In this document: positions 9,482 to 18,003 of the stretch, piece after piece | Layout: every line of letters begins with the position of its first letter | Position numbering within the stretch: the stretch's first letter is position 1 | Source: an uncultured Gammaproteobacteria bacterium | Lineage (GTDB): Bacteria; Patescibacteriota; Patescibacteriia; Buchananbacterales; UBA6539 | Assembly (NCBI GenBank): GCA_964540635.1 | Contig: CAZINP010000001.1 | Coordinates: 93,364-157,363, forward strand | Direction of reading: 5' to 3' | DNA: 64,000 nt | The notes under the pieces: generated by a model | What the model was told of the DNA's origin: nothing | What the model saw: only the letters and a program-made list of their open reading frames with translations | The model's database searches: none | Made by a program: the position numbers and the translations under genes

Positions 9482-9970
9482 ATGGAAATAAATTCAAAAA
9501 ATATTTTTAAAGTTTTTACAATTATAATATCAATTGTTGCTTTAGTTTTTTCATTTCTTGCGTGGCAGGTTAATAATAAACAATTTTTGTCTTCAGCAAG
9601 ACCATATGTTATCGCTGAAAATTTTGGTACGCTTACTAACAACTACTCATATATACCTCAACCAAGTGCTCTAGCTATAATTGTTCTTAATGTACCTGCA
9701 AAAATAATACGCGAAGAAGTAATTTATTATTCAGACAAAAATATTGTTTATAATAGCACTAATACAGATGAAGTATTAATACCTGGAAATCAGATGCAAT
9801 ATAAAAGGGAATGCCCAGAAGAGATACTAAATAAGCCAAACTTGACAAGATTTGTAAAAATTGATTATAAATGGTTGTCTGGATCAAATGAAAAATATTT
9901 TTTTGAAGCAAGTTGGAAGTTTAACACACAGGATAAAAGATGGGAATTAGAATACCAAAAAGCAAATTAA
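9482..9970 (+). CDS. Membrane-anchored hypothetical protein
   Basis: Start placed at MEINSKNIFKVF, which precedes a TM helix. The annotated upstream extension overlaps element B. Confidence 0.45.
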   Translation: MEINSKNIFKVFTIIISIVALVFSFLAWQVNNKQFLSSARPYVIAENFGTLTNNYSYIPQPSALAIIVLNVPAKIIREEVIYYSDKNIVYNSTNTDEVLIPGNQMQYKRECPEEILNKPNLTRFVKIDYKWLSGSNEKYFFEASWKFNTQDKRWELEYQKAN

Positions 9971-10026
9971 TTTTACTGCATACAACACGGTTTTAGCGAA
10001 ATTAAAACTTCGCCAAAACCGGGAAC

Positions 10027-11074
10027 GTTAGGGGAAATATGACTTGCTTCCTGAAAAAAAGACCACGCCCCTTGTCGAAGCGTGGTAAGAAACCAGTTTG
10101 GCATTGTTTGGCGGCGAAGGCCGAGAATCAGCTCTTGAATAGCTCCATTGCCACATCGGCGCCGGGAACATGACCTAAGCGAGCCATGAATTCCCAAAGC
10201 AAGAGAGCAACGGCAATGTATGCTACTGCTGAGCCAGCGATTCCTACGCCATTCATAGCCGGATGTTCTGTACGCCTCTTATACTCGACGATGAGTTCGA
10301 GGCTGCCAACAATAAGCAGGATGAAAAACAGAACAAGACCAACTTTGAAGGCAAGAAAACCAGAGGCGATCACCCCGATAGTAAGAAACACCAGACCAAT
10401 GCCGGAATTCACGGAGTAGGCGATGGATTTCATGATTCTGCCGCCATCTAAGGGATTAATCGGCAGAAGGTTGAAAAGATTGACCATTGCCATCCAGCTG
10501 GCTGCAGCGGCGAAAAGCGGATTTTCGGTCAAGACATAGATAAGGCCGGTAAACAGCACCAGGGCAAAGCCCCAGAGCGGCCCCATGATCGCGATAACCA
10601 CTTCCGCCCCTCGTGAAGGAAATTCCGCATCCGCAACAGCGGCGGCACCGAGGAATGGCAAAAAGTAGATACCTTTCGTCTTGATTCCGTATCGCCTCAT
10701 CGCCCAAATGTGCCCACTCTCGTGGATGAACAGCATAACCATGATCATCACAGCAAACTGCCAGCTCAGAAGATAGGCATAGGATGCCATAGAGGTAACC
10801 GCAAGGCCTACCTTACCTACCTTTAATCCCTTAACCACCTTGGCAAGAACCGCTATGATCTTCGGTCCCACTTTGATGATAAGGGCAATCATCCCTGCGC
10901 CAAACTTTCTCATTCTATATTCTCCTTCCAAGGTTCAATATCATGATCCTCTCATGACAGAGGTCTCCACACTGGAAAACACTTTATGTTAGCATAATTA
11001 TTGACATATGTCAACCGCAAAAACCACAACTAACTATTTACATAACTAGTAACGCAAGTCATACTTCCCCTAAC
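10027..11074. mobile_element. High-GC cassette bounded by 21-bp inverted repeats (20/21 match)
   Basis: gttaggggaaatatgacttgc at 10027-10047 against gcaagtcatacttcccctaac at 11054-11074. Interior GC is roughly 52%, against roughly 35-40% in the flanks. Confidence 0.6.
10128..10931 (-). CDS. Site-2-protease family (M50) zinc metalloprotease
   Basis: HESGH (HExxH) within a TM helix plus NLLPINPLDGGR (LDG motif). Own promoter TTGACA-17-TAACAT, whose -35 lies inside the palindrome TTGACATATGTCAA. SD ggaaggag. Own terminator at 10060-10092. Confidence 0.75.
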   Translation of the reverse strand: MEGEYRMRKFGAGMIALIIKVGPKIIAVLAKVVKGLKVGKVGLAVTSMASYAYLLSWQFAVMIMVMLFIHESGHIWAMRRYGIKTKGIYFLPFLGAAAVADAEFPSRGAEVVIAIMGPLWGFALVLFTGLIYVLTENPLFAAAASWMAMVNLFNLLPINPLDGGRIMKSIAYSVNSGIGLVFLTIGVIASGFLAFKVGLVLFFILLIVGSLELIVEYKRRTEHPAMNGVGIAGSAVAYIAVALLLWEFMARLGHVPGADVAMELFKS

Positions 11075-11120
11075 ACTTTTTATCTGGCTCACTCACTAAA
11101 TAAAATTACTTATAAACACT

Positions 11121-11495
11121 ATGGGCAGTTACATCGAAATAAACGACACACTTCAAATTACTAAAAAACAAGGGTTTCCTTCCGAGCTAGATTTTAAAAA
11201 ACATAGAAATCACCCGCTTACTGCGAATAACTTTAAAGGTAAAATTTTTAAATTTAGAAACAAAGATAAAATCAGAATCTACCACGCTCCGCCAGTCAGA
11301 AATTTTCTTGTTCAAAATATCGACAATAAATGGTTATACTGGGGCTTGATCCATATACTTGAAGTCACCCACAATCAAGTTAAAAAAACTACTTCTGGAA
11401 AATTTAAAATTGTTTATATTTACACTCCCGAAGAAATGAAGCAAGCCCATAAACTGATTGATAGAAATAAGAAAACGGATTATTTTAATAATTAA
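11121..11495 (+). CDS. Hypothetical protein
   Basis: ORF only. Confidence 0.35.
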   Translation: MGSYIEINDTLQITKKQGFPSELDFKKHRNHPLTANNFKGKIFKFRNKDKIRIYHAPPVRNFLVQNIDNKWLYWGLIHILEVTHNQVKKTTSGKFKIVYIYTPEEMKQAHKLIDRNKKTDYFNN

Positions 11496-11548
11496 TTTTA
11501 TTCAACCGCGCATCCGAATTAACTACTCCACACATTATTTAAATTTAC

Positions 11549-12184
11549 ATGGCAACACCCATAGTTCACGTCGTTTTGACGGATAAAATATTCAATAAAT
11601 TTTTTATTAACAGAAATAAAAAAGATTTTTTTATTGGCACATCTTTTCCCGACATAAGATACTTAAGAATTATCAAAAGAGAAAAAACGCATTTTGAAAA
11701 TGTCAAAATGAAAGATATTGAAAAAGAAAATGATTTTACGGCCGGATTAAAATTTCATTCTATTTTAGATCAAATCAGAGAAGATTTTATTGTTAAAAAC
11801 AATGCCTATGATTTATTTCCCAACTCAAAACTTTCCACTCTTGCCTTAAAGCTGGCAGAGGATAGGATCTTATACAATAATACTCAAGACTGGCAAGAAT
11901 ATATTGATTATTTAAATGAGGTTTTAGTGGATGAAATTAATTTTGGGCTGAAGGCAGATGATATAAAAAAATGGCACGAATTGCTTCAACAACTGTTTTC
12001 TCATTCACCAAATAGACAATCAATCCAAGATTTTGCCTCTGAAATCTTCTTTTCAAATCATGATATTAACGAGCTTGATAAAATGGCGACTCAACTTAGT
12101 GCCAATAAAAAACTGATTAAAATTATAAAAAATTTGTACGCCAACTTTGAAACTTTAACCCAAAATTATATAAAAAATAATTAA
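11549..12184 (+). CDS. Hypothetical protein
   Basis: ORF only. Confidence 0.35.
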   Translation: MATPIVHVVLTDKIFNKFFINRNKKDFFIGTSFPDIRYLRIIKREKTHFENVKMKDIEKENDFTAGLKFHSILDQIREDFIVKNNAYDLFPNSKLSTLALKLAEDRILYNNTQDWQEYIDYLNEVLVDEINFGLKADDIKKWHELLQQLFSHSPNRQSIQDFASEIFFSNHDINELDKMATQLSANKKLIKIIKNLYANFETLTQNYIKNN

Positions 12185-12197
12185 TAATTTTATTATT

Positions 12198-12494
12198 ATG
12201 AAAAAATCAATCGAATCTATGTCCCAAGAGGGTAAAAAACCTGAATCGTTGAATGTCCCAAGCGAAAAGTTAAGCTTAGGAAGATCGGGAAATTTAAGAG
12301 ATGCAATTGAGCAACTCAAGGGCAAAGAGCCGGGAACATACATATCATATGTATCAGAAAAGTTTAATATTCAAGGTGAAGTAGAACAAGCATGCGCTGA
12401 GCAAGGATTAGAAAATATTACCGTCGAGAATCTTCCTTACTGGGGCGGGGAACGGATGTACAGAATAACGGTTCAAAAATCAGAGAAAGAATAA
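12198..12494 (+). CDS. Hypothetical protein
   Basis: ORF only. Confidence 0.3.
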   Translation: MKKSIESMSQEGKKPESLNVPSEKLSLGRSGNLRDAIEQLKGKEPGTYISYVSEKFNIQGEVEQACAEQGLENITVENLPYWGGERMYRITVQKSEKE

Positions 12495-12541
12495 CCAATA
12501 ATTATTCGGACAAAACAAAAAAATAATAAACTCAAAAAATT

Positions 12542-13237
12542 ATGAGAAAATTATTAATTTTGACAATTGCAATTTTAAGCGTTGCGACTGTTGGATGTTC
12601 TAATATAAATTATTCAAAAAAGAACGTTATAAAAACAGGCGGTGAGGAATACGTTGTTGACTCAAGCGATCTTTACAACGTAGATCCGATTGAAACAAAC
12701 TCAAATCTAGAAAAACTCAACGAAAATGAGCAAAATTGGCTAATCCACATGCGCGAAGAAGAAAAGTTGGCGCGAGACGTATACGAAACCCTTGGCAAAA
12801 AATGGCAAATGAATATTTTTATAAACATTGCCAAATCAGAACAAACACACACCGACTCAATCAAAACACTTCTTGAGCGCTATAATATACAAGACCCGGT
12901 AAAAAATGACGCCATCGGAGAATTTAATCTTGCAGAAATAAAACAACTCTATAATGACTTAATCCAAAAAGGAAATAATAGCCTTGTTGACGCACTTGTG
13001 GTAGGTGCGACAATAGAAGATTTGGATATCTTTGATTTAGATGTTGCCATTAAAGAATCAAGCAAAACAGATATTAATACCGTGTATGCAAACCTGCAAA
13101 AAGGGTCACGAAATCATATGCGTGCGTTTATAAAACAGATAAATAATCAAGGAAGCACTTATTCTCCCTCATATATATCCGAAGAAACATACAACGGCAT
13201 AATATCTTCATCTCAAGAAAAAGGAAGGGTGCAATAG
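12542..13237 (+). CDS. Ferritin-like (DUF2202-type) lipoprotein
   Basis: Lipobox VGCSN. EEEKLARDVYE...SEQTHTD diiron-like ferritin-fold motifs. Confidence 0.55.
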   Translation: MRKLLILTIAILSVATVGCSNINYSKKNVIKTGGEEYVVDSSDLYNVDPIETNSNLEKLNENEQNWLIHMREEEKLARDVYETLGKKWQMNIFINIAKSEQTHTDSIKTLLERYNIQDPVKNDAIGEFNLAEIKQLYNDLIQKGNNSLVDALVVGATIEDLDIFDLDVAIKESSKTDINTVYANLQKGSRNHMRAFIKQINNQGSTYSPSYISEETYNGIISSSQEKGRVQ

Positions 13238-13251
13238 GTTTTAAAAAATAT

Positions 13252-13677
13252 ATGGCTTACTACAATAAAATTGGATTATTGGTTTTAAATGAAGACAAAA
13301 CAAAATTTTTAGTTTGTGAACCAGGATCACTTTACAAAGAAAAAAGCGTAACGCAATATTTAATGCCCGGCGGACAATTTCAAGAAGAAACAATAGAAGA
13401 ATGCTTGAAGGCGGAAATAAAAGAAGAGCTTGATTGCGATGTTGATCTTAACAGCATTGAATTTATTGATGACTATGTTGATGTTGCTGCGTCAAATCCC
13501 AAAAGAGATGTTTTAATTAAATTATACAAGGGCTCTTTGGTCGGCACACCAACCCCGTCCACAGAAATTGGGGCAATCCACTGGCTGAGCAAAGATGATA
13601 TAACAAATGAAAAAGTATCGCCAATAATCAGAAATAAAATAATCCCGGATTTAATCGCCAAAAAAATATTGAGATAA
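13252..13677 (+). CDS. NUDIX hydrolase
   Basis: Nudix box GGQFQEETIEECLKAEIKEELD. Confidence 0.7.
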   Translation: MAYYNKIGLLVLNEDKTKFLVCEPGSLYKEKSVTQYLMPGGQFQEETIEECLKAEIKEELDCDVDLNSIEFIDDYVDVAASNPKRDVLIKLYKGSLVGTPTPSTEIGAIHWLSKDDITNEKVSPIIRNKIIPDLIAKKILR

Positions 13678-13785
13678 AATTAATACTCGCAAGGTTAAAC
13701 CCTTGCCAATATAAACATCAAGTGTTAATCTGAAACCGGCAATTACGCCGAAAAAACGAAAAGCAACTTAATGGAGGATAATCTC

Positions 13786-14037
13786 GTGCCTATTCAAAGT
13801 ATGGATGAGGTCGCCATTCAAGACGGAAAAGGTGGCCGGGCAGTTGTCCGGCCGGGCAACAAAGTGTGGTTGTCGCCGGAGGGAAACAACGAATCCATGC
13901 GCCAGTTTTGTCACGGCCAAGAGCCATACACAATCAAGTGGATTGGCAAATGGCCGTGCGGCGGAGTAAATCTTTATCTAGAGGGGCGAGGCGAGGGAGC
14001 TTCAAGCAGAAACTTTCAGAGCTCCCCGAGAGAATAA
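13786..14037 (+). CDS. Small high-GC hypothetical protein (GTG start)
   Basis: SD ggagg 7 nt before the GTG. GC-rich coding run with its own terminator at 14057-14090. Confidence 0.35.
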   Translation: MPIQSMDEVAIQDGKGGRAVVRPGNKVWLSPEGNNESMRQFCHGQEPYTIKWIGKWPCGGVNLYLEGRGEGASSRNFQSSPRE

Positions 14038-14109
14038 ATCTCTTAAAACGGATGTCACATTGGGAGGCAAAATTTGTCTCCCTATTTTTTAAATATTGAT
14101 TTTTATTTT

Positions 14110-14175
14110 CCTTGTTAACCACTATTGACAATTAGGTTAACCTATGTTAACCTTAATATATAGTACGGTTAACAA
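14110..14175 (+). promoter_or_regulatory. Operator-like array of four GTTAAC(C) half-palindromes around a TTGACA -35
   Basis: GTTAACC at 14114, 14136 and 14146; GTTAAC at 14168. Located directly upstream of the antitoxin gene. Confidence 0.5.
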
Positions 14176-14180
14176 AAAAT

Positions 14181-14456
14181 ATGGAAAAAATCACCAAAAA
14201 CTACATATCCGTAGCTGAATTAGCTAAATTACTTGGCGTTAGCCGAATTGCCGTTTTTAAACGCATTAAAAAAGGCCAAATCCCGGCTGAAAAAATTGGT
14301 CGTGCTTATGCCATTAGCGCCGAGGTGGCCAATGAAATTCTTGCTGACGGAAAAGATCAAGAATTAAGTGCGGAGAAGAAAAAAATAATCCAAGAGGCAG
14401 TCACCAAGGTCGTCAAAGATTACGGTGAAACCTTAAAGTTGTTAGGCAAAGAATAA
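14181..14456 (+). CDS. HTH (excisionase/AlpA-like) DNA-binding antitoxin
   Basis: ISVAELAKLLGVSRIAVFKRIKKGQIP helix-turn-helix. Only a 3-nt gap to the toxin gene. Confidence 0.6.
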   Translation: MEKITKNYISVAELAKLLGVSRIAVFKRIKKGQIPAEKIGRAYAISAEVANEILADGKDQELSAEKKKIIQEAVTKVVKDYGETLKLLGKE

Positions 14457-14459
14457 TTT

Positions 14460-14882
14460 ATGTTTACCCAAAGACTGACAATTTCTGAGGTTAAGGACGT
14501 GGCGCATCGTTTGGCTCAGCAAACCTTGGGTTGGAGCGAACCAATTCCGGACTTTGCCACTCGTTTTGACAACGTCCTGGAGAGTTGTCTTGATCAGCCA
14601 TTCCAAACCTTTGCCAGAAAATCGCTTTATCCGGGATTTATTAAAAAGGCGGCCACGCTTTTTTATCTGATGATTAAAAATCATCCGTTTAAAAACGGCA
14701 ACAAAAGAATTGCCATGACCACTTTGTTTTATTTTTTGTATAAAAATAAAAAATGGCTGAGAGTTGATAATCACGAATTGTACAACTTTGCCAAATGGGT
14801 GGCTGAAAGCAATCCGAAATTAAAAAACGCAACCGTTGATGCGATTGAAATTTTTTTAAAAGAATATTTAACAGAAATATAA
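14460..14882 (+). CDS. doc: Doc (death-on-curing) / Fic-family toxin
   Basis: Doc signature HPFKNGNKR (HxFx[DN]GNKR). Confidence 0.7.
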   Translation: MFTQRLTISEVKDVAHRLAQQTLGWSEPIPDFATRFDNVLESCLDQPFQTFARKSLYPGFIKKAATLFYLMIKNHPFKNGNKRIAMTTLFYFLYKNKKWLRVDNHELYNFAKWVAESNPKLKNATVDAIEIFLKEYLTEI

Positions 14883-14894
14883 ATTATTACAATT

Positions 14895-15338
14895 ATGAAA
14901 TGGTATTTTGCCTCCAGAACTCGTCATCAAAATTCAATTGATAATATTGTTGACTTTCTCAAAACCCAAAACGAAAGCATTGTTTTTGAGTGGTCAAAAC
15001 TGGGCGTGCTCACCCCTTTTAAAGAAAATTTTGAGCAATCTGCGCGTATTGCCGAGCAAATCAGCTCAGCTCTCAAAGAAGCTGAAATTTTTGTTTTAAT
15101 TTCTGATGAAGCGGGAACGGATATGTTTATTGAACTGGGAATTGCCCTGGGCAATTGGCTCCAAAACAAAAAAGTTAAAATATACGCCATTGGAAAATTT
15201 AACGATCGATCGCTAATGCATTTTCATCCGGCCATTAGACAGGTTGAAAAATTAAGTGATGTTTTTAAAATTGAAAATCCTAATTTACTCGGCCAACCCG
15301 GAGCCGAAGTTATTATTAATTTTGACCCTCACGCTTAA
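14895..15338 (+). CDS. Nucleoside 2-deoxyribosyltransferase-like protein
   Basis: DEAGTDMFIELGIALG matches the NDT D-x-G-T-x-x-E-x-G-x-A active-site region. Confidence 0.45.
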   Translation: MKWYFASRTRHQNSIDNIVDFLKTQNESIVFEWSKLGVLTPFKENFEQSARIAEQISSALKEAEIFVLISDEAGTDMFIELGIALGNWLQNKKVKIYAIGKFNDRSLMHFHPAIRQVEKLSDVFKIENPNLLGQPGAEVIINFDPHA

Positions 15339-15392
15339 TCATAAAAAAAGCACGTCCGTTGACGTGCGAGGTGCAATTTTGGAGGGCAAGAC

Positions 15393-15605
15393 TTACTTTC
15401 CCCAGACGACTTTGATTCCAATGGAGACGATGATAAAGGCGGTGGAGAACAGGAGGTTGTAAACATCTAAAACTTCGGCTGTTCCACCGTTGAAATTCTT
15501 AATCATCATTATAAGCCAGTTGAATGTCACCAAAAAAATCCCAACAACAAAAACAAAGCACGACGCAAATTTCATAGCCATTTCCTTTCGCCAATCAATC
15601 CACAT
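15393..15605 (-). CDS. Small hydrophobic protein (uncertain)
   Basis: 70-aa ORF with two hydrophobic helices. Confidence 0.25.
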   Translation of the reverse strand: MWIDWRKEMAMKFASCFVFVVGIFLVTFNWLIMMIKNFNGGTAEVLDVYNLLFSTAFIIVSIGIKVVWGK

Positions 15606-15704
15606 CCATCGGCAATCCTATTATCCAAATAGGATTATTTTATTCAAAGAACGAATTTATTTTATATTTAGACGATCATAAAGTCAAGAAATTTAAAAAA
15701 GGCT

Positions 15705-15866
15705 CCAACCAGCAAGACGGCGGGGAGGAATGGTGGGGGTCTTGCTGGCTGAAGCGAAAGTGGGGGTTGATGGAGGGGAGGAACTAGCCGTCGCATAGGG
15801 AACTTGGCCGGATGGCCATTGCTGTTTTATACGGCAGACGGCCGGGGAAGGGTCATCAACCCCCAC
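15705..15866. ncRNA. GC-rich nested-stem element of unknown family; strand undetermined
   Basis: 10-bp stem ccagcaagac/gtcttgctgg and 13-bp stem gtgggggttgatg/catcaacccccac enclosing inner stems gccgtc/gacggc and tggcc/ggcca. Roughly 60% GC in an AT-rich spacer. Confidence 0.4.
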
Positions 15867-15979
15867 GGGAAAACACAAAGAGCGTAAATTAATCATACCA
15901 AATTATTCCAATTTGTAAATATGCTTGAAAAATCGGTTTTTTTTGCTATAATAACCTTGTTTTAAACTAATCGTTTTCT

Positions 15980-17539
15980 ATGAAAAATAAATTCCTAGTT
16001 TCAGCAATCTTGCTTACATTAATTTTACCGCAAACAGCGGCCGCCGAATTAATAAAAAGCCAAAATGGTAACACCGTCTATTATTTAGACAATTTTAATA
16101 ATCGCCACCCTTTTCCCAACTTAACCACTTTTCAAAGTTGGTTTGGAAATGATTTTTCAAGCACAAAAATCGTCTCCGAAGAAGCTTTAGCCAAATTGCC
16201 TTTGGGAAAAAATATAACCATTCGTCCGGGTACATTTCTGATAAAAGCCCAAACCGCACCCACGGTTTATGCCGTTGAGCAGGGCGGGGTCATCAGGCCG
16301 ATTTCAAGCGAAATTGCGGCCGAAGAAGTTTTTGGGCAAAACTGGAATAAAAAAATTGTTGATGTGCCCGATGTTTTTTTTGGCAACTACACCCTAGGCA
16401 AAACCATTACCAGCGACAACGATATTCCGGACAATGTTTTATACTATAATACCAACAAGAAAAAATATTATTTTAAATCAATGGGAATTGTGCGACCGTT
16501 TTCTTCTGAAAGCGCTGTTTTGGCCAATCATCTTAAGCTAAGCGATGCTATTGCCAAGCCGTATGACTTTTCCGAAAGAGAAAAACCAATAACCGGGTTG
16601 GATAAAAGCGTTTTTAATCCGGCCGAATCAGCTTATGTTTCAAGAGTTGATTGTGAAAATAAAAAATTAAAAGCCGCCGTTATCGTGGTGGCCGCTCAAG
16701 AAACCAAGGGCGAGGAATTAAGTAAAGTTGAATTGATAAAAAATAAAATCAGCGAAACCTATTCTTGGGCCACCAGCGGACTTTCCGAAATCGATCTGAA
16801 TTATCCCACTTCTGTAATTTATGACAACGGTTATATTTTATCTACAAACGAAGACGGAACAACCGAAATCAAAAGTGAGTTATTAAACACTTTCTATGAG
16901 ACCAACCCGGATGATTTTGATATTATTTTCATTTTTACCAATTTCAAAACCCCGGAAGAAAACACCAACGAAATTGCGCATTACGCCACCATCACCAACC
17001 GTCAAACCGGCACCGGTCGCTATCAAATTGAATCGGCTCACGTTTACGGTTCAGCCGGCAAATTAAAAGGCGCGATTGTTATGGGCAACATCAATAAATA
17101 CGATTTTGCCACTGAAAAAGGCAAAAACCAAGTTTTAGACATAATCTTACATGAAATCGGCCACCAGTGGTTGGCTTATATCAACTACTACGACGGCACC
17201 GAGACGGCAAATTACGGCTTGTTGCGAGACGACAAAATTCACTGGAGCTACTATGCCGGTTTTATCTCTCCCTTGGGCGGTTCCGGTTGGATTGATAATG
17301 GGGACGGCACTTTTACTTCCGCCCTGGCTCAATTGCCCGAAGGATCATTAAGAAAATACAGCACGCTTGATTTATATTTAATGGGCCTTATTCCGGCTCA
17401 AGTTGTTGGCCCCGTTTTTTACGTTCAACCAACTATTCCAAATCAAGTCGGAAATATCATTGACGGCAAAAAAGTTATGGTAAATATTGATCAAATTATC
17501 AGAGGCAACGGGCCAATCCAATGCAATTTAAGTAAATAA
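15980..17539 (+). CDS. Secreted putative zinc metallopeptidase (HExxH)
   Basis: Signal peptide; LHEIGHQWL motif. Promoter TTGAAA...TGcTATAAT upstream. Confidence 0.45.
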   Translation: MKNKFLVSAILLTLILPQTAAAELIKSQNGNTVYYLDNFNNRHPFPNLTTFQSWFGNDFSSTKIVSEEALAKLPLGKNITIRPGTFLIKAQTAPTVYAVEQGGVIRPISSEIAAEEVFGQNWNKKIVDVPDVFFGNYTLGKTITSDNDIPDNVLYYNTNKKKYYFKSMGIVRPFSSESAVLANHLKLSDAIAKPYDFSEREKPITGLDKSVFNPAESAYVSRVDCENKKLKAAVIVVAAQETKGEELSKVELIKNKISETYSWATSGLSEIDLNYPTSVIYDNGYILSTNEDGTTEIKSELLNTFYETNPDDFDIIFIFTNFKTPEENTNEIAHYATITNRQTGTGRYQIESAHVYGSAGKLKGAIVMGNINKYDFATEKGKNQVLDIILHEIGHQWLAYINYYDGTETANYGLLRDDKIHWSYYAGFISPLGGSGWIDNGDGTFTSALAQLPEGSLRKYSTLDLYLMGLIPAQVVGPVFYVQPTIPNQVGNIIDGKKVMVNIDQIIRGNGPIQCNLSK

Positions 17540-17548
17540 TATAAAAAT

Positions 17549-17926
17549 ATGACCAAACTTAGCCGCTTAATCTTTTGGCTGCCAAGAGCCCTCTCCATCA
17601 TTTTTATTTTATTTTTAAGTTTGTTCTCGCTTGATGTTTTTGGAAACGGTTACAATTTTTGGCAGACCGTTCAAGCTTTATTAATTCACAACATTCCTTC
17701 AATTGTTCTGCTCATAATTTTATTGGTTGCCTGGAAATACGAACTGGTGGGAACAATCATTTATGCGCTATTTGGAATTTTATATTTTGTTCTGGTCTTA
17801 AAAACAATTTTGAACAATGGGTTTGAGTGGTTTTATTTGTCGTGGGTGTTTTCAATTTCGGGTCCGGCGTTTTTGGTGGCACTACTTTTTTTCATCGGTT
17901 GGTTAAAAAAGAAAAAAATAAATTGA
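17549..17926 (+). CDS. Integral membrane protein, hypothetical
   Basis: Four TM helices. Confidence 0.45.
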   Translation: MTKLSRLIFWLPRALSIIFILFLSLFSLDVFGNGYNFWQTVQALLIHNIPSIVLLIILLVAWKYELVGTIIYALFGILYFVLVLKTILNNGFEWFYLSWVFSISGPAFLVALLFFIGWLKKKKIN

Positions 17927-18003
17927 CAAAAAGGTTTTAAAATGATATAATGAATATATCAAGGTAGAGAAATTGCTACCTTTTTATATTTGTAAAAATC
18001 AAA

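Noticed and set aside
10186-10707. Three short ORFs inside or antisense to the M50 gene
   Set aside because: Alternative-frame ORFs typical of high-GC DNA; the M50 motifs define the true frame.
15340-15380. Hairpin gcacgtc-cgttg-acgtgc after the NDT-like gene
   Set aside because: Ordinary intrinsic terminator; nothing unusual.
15693-15896. 67-aa minus-strand ORF over the GC-rich element
   Set aside because: P/S/A-rich junk composition with no RBS. It coincides exactly with nested inverted repeats, so it is more likely a structured nucleic-acid element than a protein.
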